Assembly (NCBI GenBank): GCA_040386515.1
Contig: JAZKFG010000002.1
Coordinates: 15,074 to 79,073, forward strand
DNA: 64,000 bases
Source of the DNA: Patescibacteria group bacterium
Lineage (GTDB): Bacteria; Patescibacteriota; Minisyncoccia; Phycocordibacterales; CAIZLB01
Reading direction: 5' to 3'
Below the pieces are notes generated by a model. It was not told the origin of the DNA, did not search any database, and saw only the letters and a program-made list of their open reading frames with translations. How positions within the stretch are numbered: the stretch's first letter is position 1; every line of letters begins with the position of its first letter. A program made the position numbers and the translations under genes. This document shows positions 7,989-17,280 of this stretch, piece after piece.

Positions 7989-9330
7989 TGGGTCGAAGTA
8001 TTTCAATAACTGCTCTCTCTGGAATTAAATATGTTCCAATCATTTTCTTAACATCATCGAACTGAACTTGCTCAAATTCATCAAGTACAGTTCTTTCTTT
8101 AACTATTTCACTTACAATCATAATGTCATCAAGTGCTGCGTCTATAACACCTGATGATGAATGTTCAGAAGCAAGAGTGGCTTCTATAACTAACCTTTTT
8201 CTTTGTTCAAATTTTTCTTCGTACTGACCTTTTTTAATATCTTCAAGAATTTCCTGAGCTATTTCTATTGCTTCATCTATGTGATCAGGATTTATAGAAG
8301 TTCCCATATTAAATTTTAAAAAGTCTGTTTCAATGTAAAAATTAGCATTAGCCGAATAACACCAGTTATTGTCTGTTCTTAGTTTTTCATAGATAACATC
8401 GCTAACCAATCTTTGAACAATAAATGAAGTGGCAATAAGTAAATTTTCTTCAGAGGTGTTTGGAATACCTGGCTTTTTATTGATTCGTGCGAAAGAATAG
8501 CTGATTGATACATTGGCCTGATTTTTTTCGGTTACACCGATATCGCTAAACGTATGATCCATACGTTGAATTTCAGGCAAATCAACTTCTGTAGGAATAA
8601 AGGGAGGTGTTGTTTTTTCACCATTTGGAATTCTGTCTGCGGTTTCTGATATTATATTTTTAATATTTTCTATGATTCCTAATGCCTCAATGTTTCCGGC
8701 TAAAAGTATTTCCATATTTTCTTTTACAAAATACTTTTTATGGGCAGAAGTAATATCTTCGTGAGTTATTTTTGTAATTGTATCTGGCCAGCCGAGTGCT
8801 GAGATAATACGTCGTCTGTCTGGCAGATTGGCCAATCTATTGTCTCTAAACTTTTTAACATAGGCGATATATTTTTCATTAAGAAATCTACTCCATGCTT
8901 CCTGCATTATAATTTTCTTTTCCTGCTCCCATCCTTCAACAGTTAGTTTTGGACTATGAGTCATTGCGAATATCCCCTGAATAGCTTTCTCAAAGTTGTG
9001 GGGAAGGCATTTTCCTTCAATAACTAATTCAAACAGACCTGTGTGGGCATTGTGTGTATTTAGGAGGATATCTTTACTGAAGTTTTTTATTGACTTCTCA
9101 TCAGGGTAAATATCATTACCTTTAAAAATCATATGCTCTAAGAAATGTGCAACACCTTCTTTTCCAATTTCGTCATGCATAGCGCCATAATGAAAAAGAA
9201 TACGGATATGTACACAAGGGGCAAAGGGTAAATGCTTAGTATGCAATGGTATACCTGAAACCTCAGATTTTTCAAAATCGTAAGGTTCAAAGGTAAACTC
9301 TTTATCTATCATTTCTTTTAGGTTGGTCAT
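7960..9330 (-). CDS. M16 family (insulinase/pitrilysin-like) zinc peptidase
   Basis: 'GVAHFLEHMIFKG' inverted zinc motif HxxEH. Confidence 0.9.
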   Translation of the reverse strand: MTNLKEMIDKEFTFEPYDFEKSEVSGIPLHTKHLPFAPCVHIRILFHYGAMHDEIGKEGVAHFLEHMIFKGNDIYPDEKSIKNFSKDILLNTHNAHTGLFELVIEGKCLPHNFEKAIQGIFAMTHSPKLTVEGWEQEKKIIMQEAWSRFLNEKYIAYVKKFRDNRLANLPDRRRIISALGWPDTITKITHEDITSAHKKYFVKENMEILLAGNIEALGIIENIKNIISETADRIPNGEKTTPPFIPTEVDLPEIQRMDHTFSDIGVTEKNQANVSISYSFARINKKPGIPNTSEENLLIATSFIVQRLVSDVIYEKLRTDNNWCYSANANFYIETDFLKFNMGTSINPDHIDEAIEIAQEILEDIKKGQYEEKFEQRKRLVIEATLASEHSSSGVIDAALDDIMIVSEIVKERTVLDEFEQVQFDDVKKMIGTYLIPERAVIEILRPIMVDKSPQA

Positions 9331-9406
9331 ATTCGTAGTGTACTAAAAGAAATGGGAATAAGATACTTCTTTGAGTTCATGAAGTTTGGATGATATAATT
9401 CTTACC

Positions 9407-9868
9407 ATGAATACAACACAAACAGGATGTACATTAAATGGAGCACCTATCGATTGTCCAAACATTGGACTCATGGTTGGAACAGTTGGATTAATCTTTG
9501 CATTAATTATATTAATTAATATAATTGCCTTTTGGAAAATATTTACCAAAGCAGGTAAGCCAGGATGGGCATCAATTATTCCTGTATATAACATGGTGGT
9601 AATGCTTGAAATCGCCAAGAAGCCAATATGGTGGGTGATACTTATGTTTATTCCAGTAGTAAATGTGGTTGTTGGAATTGTTCTTACGATTGAATTGGCA
9701 AAAGCCTTTGGTAAAGAAGTTGGGTTTACAATTGGATTAGTAATTCTTCCTATAATATTCTTCCCGATTATGGCTTTTGATGATTCGAAGTATATATACG
9801 GGGATACTCCTGAAGTTCCACCGATGCCGGATACAAATCCTATTATTCCGCCAGCAGCGACGGTGTAG
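9407..9868 (+). CDS. DUF5684-like membrane protein
   Basis: 'WKIFTKAGKPGWASIIPVYN', 'LAKAFGK..GF'; start at 9407 supported by TGATATAAT-N7-ATG. Confidence 0.75.
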   Translation: MNTTQTGCTLNGAPIDCPNIGLMVGTVGLIFALIILINIIAFWKIFTKAGKPGWASIIPVYNMVVMLEIAKKPIWWVILMFIPVVNVVVGIVLTIELAKAFGKEVGFTIGLVILPIIFFPIMAFDDSKYIYGDTPEVPPMPDTNPIIPPAATV

Positions 9869-9876
9869 GTTGCATC

Positions 9877-9911
9877 ATAAAAGGCCAGAGCTACAAGCTC
9901 TGGCCTTTTAT
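9877..9911. terminator. bidirectional intrinsic terminator
   Basis: ataaaaggccagagc-tacaa-gctctggccttttat between convergent genes. Confidence 0.75.
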
Positions 9912-9923
9912 ATTAGGTATTAC

Positions 9924-10340
9924 TTATTCTCCTTTAATAATATCGTATAAAGGTCCAGAACATACAACTGATCCATCAGAAATTCCGCTCAGTGTTTTTG
10001 CTACTGAATTTTCAAGTGTTGTTTTGTTACTAAAATCACATGTCATTGGCTTATTTTCCCATCCAGGCATATTGATCTTTGTATATGTGAATTTCATATT
10101 ACATCCTTCTGTTCCTGAACTTAAGATTTCATATTGAACTCCAGCACCGCCTGCCTCAACTGCAAAAACTGAAGGAGTACATGTTTTAAAATTAGCATCA
10201 AAACACGCTCGATCTTCACATGCTGGTGCATTAGTGGCTGTACTAGAATTTGATTTGTAATACATAAATCCTCCGATTGAAGCGAGTACTATAAGTATTA
10301 GAATAATTATTCCTGCAGCTCCATGTTGTCTATTTTTCAT
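9924..10340 (-). CDS. Cys-rich exported protein with pilin-like N-terminal helix
   Basis: 'MKNRQHG|AAGIIILILIV' resembles a class III signal peptide; six Cys in mature part; start reassigned to 10340. Confidence 0.55.
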   Translation of the reverse strand: MKNRQHGAAGIIILILIVLASIGGFMYYKSNSSTATNAPACEDRACFDANFKTCTPSVFAVEAGGAGVQYEILSSGTEGCNMKFTYTKINMPGWENKPMTCDFSNKTTLENSVAKTLSGISDGSVVCSGPLYDIIKGE

Positions 10341-10362
10341 ATGTATATAGTATAATTTATTT

Positions 10363-10866
10363 ATGAAATTTACACCAACACAAAAACTTACTATTTCTTC
10401 TGGAAGTGCGACAGGTATACTGATTGTTGTACTTGCTGTACTCGCAGTAAGTGGTTTTATATTTTTTAAACAAAGTGGCAGTCCAAGTTCTGAACAAATA
10501 CAACCAGAGCTAGAAGCATTCATTTTAGAAAATGGTAAAAAAGATTGTGCTGGAACATTTGAGATTATTCATTTATCTGATGTGGCTGTGGGTGAGTACA
10601 ATAATGAATTAAAAGCTTGGCCTATTTATGCAGCCAGTAAAACATCTTGCGAGAAGGTGAATTCATCAGGAGTAAAAATAACAAATACATATGATGACAT
10701 GGATAGTCCTGCAAAGAAAACTGCTGTGGCATTTGCTCGAGAATCTGGAAATACATATGAAGTATTTATACCTAAAGAGGTAAGGGACATTTCAAATGAG
10801 TTAAATGATAAATTGAAAAATGCTTCGGATAAGGGGTTTGAAGAGTTCAAGAAGAATTTTAAATAG
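10363..10866 (+). CDS. membrane-anchored hypothetical protein
   Basis: N-terminal TM; TATAAT 6 nt before ATG. Confidence 0.6.
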   Translation: MKFTPTQKLTISSGSATGILIVVLAVLAVSGFIFFKQSGSPSSEQIQPELEAFILENGKKDCAGTFEIIHLSDVAVGEYNNELKAWPIYAASKTSCEKVNSSGVKITNTYDDMDSPAKKTAVAFARESGNTYEVFIPKEVRDISNELNDKLKNASDKGFEEFKKNFK

Positions 10867-10882
10867 TGCTAGAATTAAAGTA

Positions 10883-11389
10883 ATGAAAAGCTATACAAAA
10901 GGGTTCACACTCATAGAACTTCTTGTGGTTATTGCGATAATCGCCCTTTTATCTTCCATAGTTATAGGTGCACTTCAAAGTGCTCGAGAGAAAGCAAAGT
11001 ATTCGCGAGTTCAGAAAGAGTTTAATTCAATTCATACTGCAGTTGAACTCTATGCTCTTGATAACAACGGTCAATATCCGCCAGATGGAAATGCAGCTCT
11101 TCCTACTTCACTCGATACATACTTGAGCGCAACTGGAGTACCAACTCCTCCTTGGCCAGGAACTGTGTATGATTGGGAGAATTGGACCATTGACGGTGCA
11201 AAGGTTTTGCAAATCAGTGTAAGATTTTGTCCTTCTGGTGGGCCATTATCATCATGTCGATTCCCAAATGAGTCTTGGGCATCTGGTTTCGGAGTAAACA
11301 GTTCCTTGTATTATTGTGTTTCAGGAGCATGTCGTCCTCATGAATTTGAGGCTGTGACATATCCAGGGAAGTGTGTGAATTGTAATTAA
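10883..11389 (+). CDS. type IV pilin / GspG-like protein
   Basis: 'KG|FTLIELLVVIAIIALL..LQSAREKA' N-methylation motif; Cys-rich C-terminus. Confidence 0.9.
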   Translation: MKSYTKGFTLIELLVVIAIIALLSSIVIGALQSAREKAKYSRVQKEFNSIHTAVELYALDNNGQYPPDGNAALPTSLDTYLSATGVPTPPWPGTVYDWENWTIDGAKVLQISVRFCPSGGPLSSCRFPNESWASGFGVNSSLYYCVSGACRPHEFEAVTYPGKCVNCN

Positions 11390-11397
11390 AGATATTT

Positions 11398-11560
11398 TGT
11401 GGTGAGAAATGAAAGACTTGACCCTTACAGGGTCAGTACACCTTTGCCATTTTCTCAAACTCTTCAAGTTCTCGAAAATATGACAAAGCTTTTCAACTTG
11501 CACTTTGGCCCCGCCAAAGCTCACTCACGGAAGTGCCACAGGGCACTTCCTATCGCCACA
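11398..11560 (-). ncRNA. tRNA-associated structured element, long copy at tRNA-Val
   Basis: Minus strand tgtggcgat-A-ggaagtgcc CTGT ggcacttcc-GT-gagtgag..ttgaa-AAGC-tttgtcatattttc..gaaaatggcaaa-GGTGTACT-gaccctgtaagggtc-aagtc..tcaccaca; core near-identical to 7352-7421. Confidence 0.75.
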
Positions 11561-11563
11561 AAC

Positions 11564-11590
11564 GAAAATAAACCCTTGCGGGTTTATTTC
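11564..11590 (-). terminator. terminator-like hairpin 3' of tRNA-Val
   Basis: gaaataaaccc-gcaa-gggtttattttc. Confidence 0.6.
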
Positions 11591-11597
11591 TAATTTG

Positions 11598-11670
11598 TGC
11601 GCGATGAGGGACTTGAACCCCCGACCTTCTCAGTGTAAATGAGTTGCTCTACCAACTGAGCTAATCGCGC
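11598..11670 (-). tRNA. tRNA-Val(TAC)
   Basis: Acceptor GCGCGAT/ATCGCGC, D-arm AGCTCAGTTGGTAGAGC, anticodon loop TT TAC AC, T-loop TTCAAGT. Confidence 0.93.
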
Positions 11671-11740
11671 TCTTTACGATAACCACTATATCATATTCAA
11701 AATTGATATACAACTGAAAATATAGTACAGTAACTCCTAA

Positions 11741-11823
11741 GCGCAGGTGGCGAAACGGTAGACGCACTACCTTGAGGTGGTAGCGCCCGTAAGGGTGTGG
11801 AGGTTCAAATCCTCTCTTGCGCA
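11741..11823 (+). tRNA. tRNA-Leu(GAG)
   Basis: Acceptor GCGCAGG/CTTGCGC, anticodon arm CTACC-TT GAG GT-GGTAG, long variable arm, T-loop TTCAAAT. Confidence 0.95.
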
Positions 11824-11826
11824 CAT

Positions 11827-12549
11827 ATGTCATTTGAATCATCTATTAATAATATAGGACTAGAGAAAGAAGCTAATTACAAAGGTAATTGGACAGTTCT
11901 TTTAGCTGAACGTGCACAATCATCAGCTACAAAGGAAAAGTTTTTGGCAATGAAAGAAAAATTCCCGACAGTTGAGGAGAGAACTAGTGATCATAAGCTT
12001 GGAATGTTAGACAAGTTTTCAGATATTCCTACTGACACTTTTGAACAAGGTAAAGATAGGTATGATGCAAATATTGGACATGTATTTGGGAGTACGGAAT
12101 ATGTTCATTCAAAAGATACATCTTTTCAGGCTGACACTTTGGGTTTAAGTGCAGGGTATGGCGATCCTGGTACAGTCTTTAAAGATGCTGCACTCAATGG
12201 TAATCAAGTAAGTTCTGAACATAAGACTATTATTGAAGCTCATGAAAAAGCTCACGGCCTTTTTAGAGATTTAACAAATGGTGAAAAGACATATATCTTA
12301 TCTCCATTTAATGAAGAAAATCTAAATCTGAGGCACAGTGCTAAAGCTGACGAAGTACTTGCTCGAATGTCTCAGCTTAAAAATTACTTTGGATTTAGAG
12401 AAGGGGAATCATTCACTGCTGAGCATTTAGAATATGCTAAAACTCATTATGTACACGATGTTGGTCTAGATAATCGAATGTCAGACTTTTTTGCATCAAT
12501 AGAGGATCAACACAAATTTCTAGAGGTTATAAATGCAATTCCGTGTTAA
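11827..12549 (+). CDS. hypothetical protein with zincin-like HExxH motif
   Basis: 'IEAHEKAHG' plus downstream 'DEVLAR' possible third ligand; ATG 3 nt after tRNA-Leu. Confidence 0.55.
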   Translation: MSFESSINNIGLEKEANYKGNWTVLLAERAQSSATKEKFLAMKEKFPTVEERTSDHKLGMLDKFSDIPTDTFEQGKDRYDANIGHVFGSTEYVHSKDTSFQADTLGLSAGYGDPGTVFKDAALNGNQVSSEHKTIIEAHEKAHGLFRDLTNGEKTYILSPFNEENLNLRHSAKADEVLARMSQLKNYFGFREGESFTAEHLEYAKTHYVHDVGLDNRMSDFFASIEDQHKFLEVINAIPC

Positions 12550-12583
12550 CATACATTCAAATTAACTATATAAAATCAAAATA

Positions 12584-13204
12584 ATGAAATACATAAAACC
12601 AGTTGGAATATTATTATTACTAATTGTAGCAGGGGCAGTTGTCTACATTTTCAAGCATACAAGTCCAATAATAGAGATTGTAAATCCAGAGCCAATTGCA
12701 ACATCAACAGAAGTAGCAACTACTACGGCTACAACTACAGTTCTTGGAACTGAGTCAACTCCTGAAGCTAACCTTAAGTTACAGGCATCTATTTTGGCAA
12801 AAGCATTTATTAAAAAAGATTACGAGACTGTTATAAAATACACGCATCCTACAATTGTTACAGGACTAGGAGGTAAAGAAAAAGCCCTTGAGAATCTGAA
12901 GAAGGGAATGGCTAGTGCTGATATGACATTTACAGTTATCGACTTGGAAAAACCAAGTGCAATAATAAATACAGGAACAGAGCTTCAATCAGTAATTGTT
13001 GAAAATCTTGAAATGAAAATCCCAACAGGAACACTTAAAGGAAAATCAGCTTTGATTGCAATATCAATGGATAAAGGTAAGAATTGGTTTTTTATAGATA
13101 GATCTGGAGCGGAGGATTTAAAAGCATTCCAGACTATGCTTCCAACACTAAGTTCAAAACTTGTGCTGCCTGCAAAAGTTGAGCCGACATTTGTTCAGAA
13201 TTAA
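12584..13204 (+). CDS. membrane-anchored hypothetical protein
   Basis: N-terminal TM, Thr-rich linker, globular C-terminal domain. Confidence 0.6.
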   Translation: MKYIKPVGILLLLIVAGAVVYIFKHTSPIIEIVNPEPIATSTEVATTTATTTVLGTESTPEANLKLQASILAKAFIKKDYETVIKYTHPTIVTGLGGKEKALENLKKGMASADMTFTVIDLEKPSAIINTGTELQSVIVENLEMKIPTGTLKGKSALIAISMDKGKNWFFIDRSGAEDLKAFQTMLPTLSSKLVLPAKVEPTFVQN

Positions 13205-13211
13205 ATAACAT

Positions 13212-13239
13212 AAAAACTGTAGAGAAATCTACAGTTTTT
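13212..13239 (+). terminator. intrinsic terminator
   Basis: aaaaactgtaga-gaaa-tctacagttttt. Confidence 0.7.
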
Positions 13240-13268
13240 GTTTTAACTAGACATGTTACAATACACCC

Positions 13269-13850
13269 ATGCTCGAACTGAACAAAAAGTACACTCTCGG
13301 TAAACGGACCTTCTGGTTCCTCTTTTTGAAAAATGGAAAAACCGTAACTCTCGTTACCATTCTTATACTTGCCGCGATGCTTGCAATGTACATCGGAGCA
13401 ACTGGCACATGGACCTCAGAATTCCTTGCGACTCATTTTGACGGAATTATAACTAAAGGAATGCTTTTATTATGGCTTTCCCTTGGTGTCTTATCTCTAG
13501 CTATAGTTCTATTCATTGGCCTATTCGAACATTTTGCTCAGCATAAGTTTATGCTCGATGATCATTCATTCCATATTCGGCGAGGGATTTTCATGATTAA
13601 AGAAAAGGTAATTCCGTATCGGCATATTCAAAATGTAGATTTAGAACAGCCGTATCACTATAGAATTTTTGGCGTAGCGAGGCTCAATATTACAACAGCG
13701 CGTATTGATGTATTCGATGACGAAGGAAAAGGGAAAAATGGACAAAGGGCTGAATCTCATGGTAAGAATAATCTTATACCAATTATTGATAAAAAGATCG
13801 CCAAAGAACTGGCCCACTATCTTGTGAGTCAGGGTGATAGAAGAATTTAA
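13269..13850 (+). CDS. bacterial PH-domain (bPH_2/YdbS-like) membrane protein
   Basis: Two TMs then 'IRRGIF..E..IPY..IQNV..Q....RIFG...L.ITTA'. Confidence 0.8.
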   Translation: MLELNKKYTLGKRTFWFLFLKNGKTVTLVTILILAAMLAMYIGATGTWTSEFLATHFDGIITKGMLLLWLSLGVLSLAIVLFIGLFEHFAQHKFMLDDHSFHIRRGIFMIKEKVIPYRHIQNVDLEQPYHYRIFGVARLNITTARIDVFDDEGKGKNGQRAESHGKNNLIPIIDKKIAKELAHYLVSQGDRRI

Positions 13851-13856
13851 TACTAT

Positions 13857-14240
13857 ATGAAGCATCCCGCACCACCAAAACAAAAAAGAGAAAAACTATG
13901 GGATGAAAAGTTAACAGGATGGATTGGATCAGTAACATCGCTTGTTGTGCATACGCTCTTGTTTATAGGAGTGTTTGTGGCTATTGCTCTTGGTGTGCCA
14001 AAAGACAGTGCTCTTTTAATGCTTACAACTATTGTATCGCTGGAGGCAATTTATCTTTCTATTCTTATTCAGATGTCAGTAAATAGAAACAGTGCTTCAC
14101 TCGAGGAAGTGGAAGAAGATATTGAAGACATTCAAGAGGATATTGAGGATATTCAAGAAGGTGTTGAAGACATTGAAGAGGAGATTGAAGAAATCCAAGA
14201 AGACATTGAAGATATTGAAGTTGCTACAAAAAAGTTGTAG
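13857..14240 (+). CDS. DUF1003-like membrane protein with acidic coiled-coil tail
   Basis: 'LTTIVSLEAIYLSILIQMSVNR' then E/D-rich heptads. Confidence 0.7.
   Translation: MKHPAPPKQKREKLWDEKLTGWIGSVTSLVVHTLLFIGVFVAIALGVPKDSALLMLTTIVSLEAIYLSILIQMSVNRNSASLEEVEEDIEDIQEDIEDIQEGVEDIEEEIEEIQEDIEDIEVATKKL
14100..14222 (+). repeat. degenerate 21-nt tandem repeat encoding (IEDIQED)n
   Basis: About six heptads: LEEVEED IEDIQED IEDIQEG VEDIEEE IEEIQED IEDIEV. Confidence 0.7.
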
Positions 14241-14255
14241 GAGTATGATTGAGAT

Positions 14256-15011
14256 ATGGAAAATTTCAAAACACAATCACAAACTTGGCTTAGAGAGTCA
14301 TCAGTACGAGCTGCTGTAGTTGCATCACTATTTGCTGTACTCATTTCACTTATTCTGATAAGTGCATTCTTTAAATCTAAAGAATTAGATAATAGTATTA
14401 GCGTAACTGGTTCTGCGCGAAAATCAGTAGTAGCTGACAGTGCAAAACTTTCAATCACAATGCGTCGGGCGGCTTCATTTACAACATTGACCGATAGCTA
14501 TAAATCAATGTATGCAAATACTGATAGAGTAAAAGCCTTTATTCTTAAGGCTGGATTTGCAGAGTCAGATATTGCAATCACGCCTCCATCAGCAGATCAG
14601 ATTTATGATAACAACGGCCGAGCAGCAGAAGATAGACAATTTGATGTTCGACAATATATAGATATTCGCTCAAGCGACATTGCAAAGATTGAAGCCTTGT
14701 CACGAAGTATTACAAATGTATCAGAACCAGGACTTGTGATTGAAATTCGTCCTGTTGAATATATGTATACAAAGCTTGCAGATATTCGAGGTGAATTATT
14801 CGCAGAAGCTATAAAAGATGCACGAGTGCGAGCTGAAGCAATTGCATCAACAAGTGGAGGAAAGGTGGGGAAGATTAAGAGTGCAGCGACAGGAGTAGTG
14901 CAGGTTCTTACTCCGCAATCAGTTGAAGTTTCTGACTATGGAACAGTTGATACATCAAGTATTAACAAGGAAGTTATGGTAACAGCGCGAGCTTCTTTCT
15001 ATATAAAATAG
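14256..15011 (+). CDS. SIMPL (DUF541) domain protein
   Basis: 'ISVTGSA...V.AD', 'AIKDARVRAEAIA..G.KVG.I'. Confidence 0.85.
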   Translation: MENFKTQSQTWLRESSVRAAVVASLFAVLISLILISAFFKSKELDNSISVTGSARKSVVADSAKLSITMRRAASFTTLTDSYKSMYANTDRVKAFILKAGFAESDIAITPPSADQIYDNNGRAAEDRQFDVRQYIDIRSSDIAKIEALSRSITNVSEPGLVIEIRPVEYMYTKLADIRGELFAEAIKDARVRAEAIASTSGGKVGKIKSAATGVVQVLTPQSVEVSDYGTVDTSSINKEVMVTARASFYIK

Positions 15012-15056
15012 ATTGAACTATGGTTATTAATAATTAACATATGATATAATTAATAT

Positions 15057-15944
15057 ATGAACGACAACGAAACAAAATCAAACACATTTATCCAGTGGCT
15101 ACAGGCCACACCACTCCGAAAGGGGCTATTAAGTACAATTCTTATCTTTGTTGCTCTGGCAATGGTTGCTAAGACTGTGCTTCTATTTAAACAAGCTGCT
15201 CATGTAGGAGTAAGTGATGACTATCCTCAGTCAGTAACAGTAACAGGTAAAGCTGAAGAATATGTTCAGCCAGATACTCTACAGTTCAACATTTCTATAA
15301 ATGAAGAAGGTAAAAATGTAACTGAAGCTACTACAAAAGCATCTGATAAGACAAAACAAGCTATTGCAGTTCTAAAAGCAAACGGCGTTGAAGAGAAAAA
15401 TATTAAAACTACAAATTACTCTGTATCAGATAAGTACGATTCTGTATCACAGCCTTGTCCAGTTGCCTCAATATCACCAGCAGGAGATATGAGAACTATT
15501 GCACCATGTACTAATACAACATCTCAAATTGTAGGTGCAATCGTGTATCAGACACTAGAGGTTAAGATTCGGGACATTGCTAAAAATGCTACTACTGACC
15601 AGAGAGCCAAACTAGTTGGAGAACTTGCTGCAGCAAATGTAAAAACAGATGGATTTACATTTACAGTATTTGATCTTGATGCAGTAAAGGCACGAGTGCG
15701 AGCTGAAGCTATTCAAAAGGCTAAAGACGATGCTCGAGTTCTTGCTCGAAACTTGGGGGTAAATCTACGAACTATTTCAGGCTTTAGTGAGCAGGGAGAA
15801 GGGGGATATGCTCCATATATGAGTGCTCGAGCAGAATCAGCAGTTATGATGAAAGATGCTGCAATGCCTGTTCCAGCCCCTCAGCTTCCAGCAGGAGAAC
15901 AGAAGGTGACATCAGTGATTACATTGACCTACTTGATAAAATAG
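15057..15944 (+). CDS. SIMPL (DUF541/YggE/BP26-like) domain protein
   Basis: 'VTVTGKAE..V.PD', 'AIQKAKDDA..LA..LGV.L', 'GEQKVT..ITLTY'. Confidence 0.85.
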   Translation: MNDNETKSNTFIQWLQATPLRKGLLSTILIFVALAMVAKTVLLFKQAAHVGVSDDYPQSVTVTGKAEEYVQPDTLQFNISINEEGKNVTEATTKASDKTKQAIAVLKANGVEEKNIKTTNYSVSDKYDSVSQPCPVASISPAGDMRTIAPCTNTTSQIVGAIVYQTLEVKIRDIAKNATTDQRAKLVGELAAANVKTDGFTFTVFDLDAVKARVRAEAIQKAKDDARVLARNLGVNLRTISGFSEQGEGGYAPYMSARAESAVMMKDAAMPVPAPQLPAGEQKVTSVITLTYLIK

Positions 15945-15970
15945 TCAATCTCCTGTATAATAGATATATC

Positions 15971-16002
15971 TTTAAAACACTCGAAAAAACGGGTGTTTTA
16001 AA
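15971..16002 (+). terminator. hairpin/terminator
   Basis: tttaaaacactcg/cgggtgttttaaa. Confidence 0.5.
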
Positions 16003-16049
16003 ATTGAAAATTTATCAAAAATTCACAAATCAAAAAAACTTACACTACT

Positions 16050-16238
16050 ATGTCTATATTTTCCCACATTCGAGAATCAAGAGCTGAAATGAAGCATGTA
16101 AAATGGCCTTCACGAAAGCAGGTTATTGCCTATACTTCAATCGTTATTGCGCTTTCAATTATTATCGCAGCATACGTTGGTGGGCTTGATGTGCTATTTA
16201 CAAAAATCCTAGCCTGGATTATTGCTAAGGCTCAATAA
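16050..16238 (+). CDS. secE: preprotein translocase subunit SecE
   Basis: 'EMKHVKWPSRK' motif, one TM, upstream of nusG. Confidence 0.93.
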   Translation: MSIFSHIRESRAEMKHVKWPSRKQVIAYTSIVIALSIIIAAYVGGLDVLFTKILAWIIAKAQ

Positions 16239-16266
16239 TTAACAATTTAATTCTTTTACATATACT

Positions 16267-16809
16267 ATGGCAAAACAAATAGAAAAAGATCGAAATTGGT
16301 ATACTATTCAGACTTACTCTGGATATGAAAATGCAGTGGTTCGAAACCTTAAGCAACGTATTGAGTCTCTAGGTTTGGAAGATAAGATTTTCAATGTACT
16401 TGTTCCGACTGAAAGAATTATCAAAATCAAGAATGGCAAGCGAGTAGAGGAAGATGTTCGAATTTACCCTGGATACGTACTTGTAGATATGATTGTAACT
16501 GAGGATACTTGGTTTGCAGTTCGAAACACACCTCGAGTAACTGGTTTCGTAGGGTCAGGAACTATTCCTGTACCTGTTACTGAAGCTGAGCTTGCTGAGA
16601 TCTTCTCTCGAATGAAGGGTGACAACATTGTACATACTCTTGATGTACAGCTAGATGACTATGTAAATATAGTGGACGGTCCATTTAAAGACCTAGATGG
16701 TAAAGTATCAGAGATTGACCAGGAAAGAGGGAAACTCCGAGTCCTTGTTTCAATGTTTGGTCGGGAAACTCCGGTCGAGCTTGACTTCTTGCAAGTTAAG
16801 AAGAAATAG
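16267..16809 (+). CDS. nusG: transcription termination/antitermination factor NusG
   Basis: 'WYTIQTYSGYE', 'PGYVLV', KOW domain 'MFGRETPVELDF'. Confidence 0.97.
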   Translation: MAKQIEKDRNWYTIQTYSGYENAVVRNLKQRIESLGLEDKIFNVLVPTERIIKIKNGKRVEEDVRIYPGYVLVDMIVTEDTWFAVRNTPRVTGFVGSGTIPVPVTEAELAEIFSRMKGDNIVHTLDVQLDDYVNIVDGPFKDLDGKVSEIDQERGKLRVLVSMFGRETPVELDFLQVKKK

Positions 16810-16839
16810 GCTATTATACACAAACAACGAATACATTAT

Positions 16840-17265
16840 ATGGCTAAAAAAGTAACAAAAATCATCAAGCTGCAAATCGCAGCTGCAAAAGCAACTCCAG
16901 CACCCCCAATCGGTACTGCCCTTGGGCCTGCAGGTGTTAACATTGGAGACTTCGTTAAGAAGTTCAACGATGCTACACAAGCAATGGTTGGAAGTACAAT
17001 TCCAGTAGTTATCAACGTATATGATGACCGATCATTCGATTTCATCATGAAAACTCCGCCAGCGGCAGAGTTCGTTAAGAAAGCTATTGGTCTTGAAACA
17101 GGATCAGGTACTCCTAACTCTAAAAAAGTAGGTAAAATCACTAAGGCTCAGGTTGAAGAGATTGCATCAAAAAAGATGGTGGATATGAATGCAGTTGATT
17201 TAGCAGGAGCAATCAAAATGATTGAAGGTACATGTCGATCACTAGGAGTTGAGGTTGTAGGGTAA
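16840..17265 (+). CDS. rplK: 50S ribosomal protein L11
   Basis: '[12 protein letters not shown]', 'KTPPAA'. Confidence 0.97.
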   Translation: MAKKVTKIIKLQIAAAKATPAPPIGTALGPAGVNIGDFVKKFNDATQAMVGSTIPVVINVYDDRSFDFIMKTPPAAEFVKKAIGLETGSGTPNSKKVGKITKAQVEEIASKKMVDMNAVDLAGAIKMIEGTCRSLGVEVVG

Positions 17266-17280
17266 TCTGCTCTAACCTAA

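Noticed and set aside
14100-14222. Periodic repeat as a possible CRISPR array
   Set aside because: Degenerate in-frame 21-nt coding repeats with no spacers and no cas genes.
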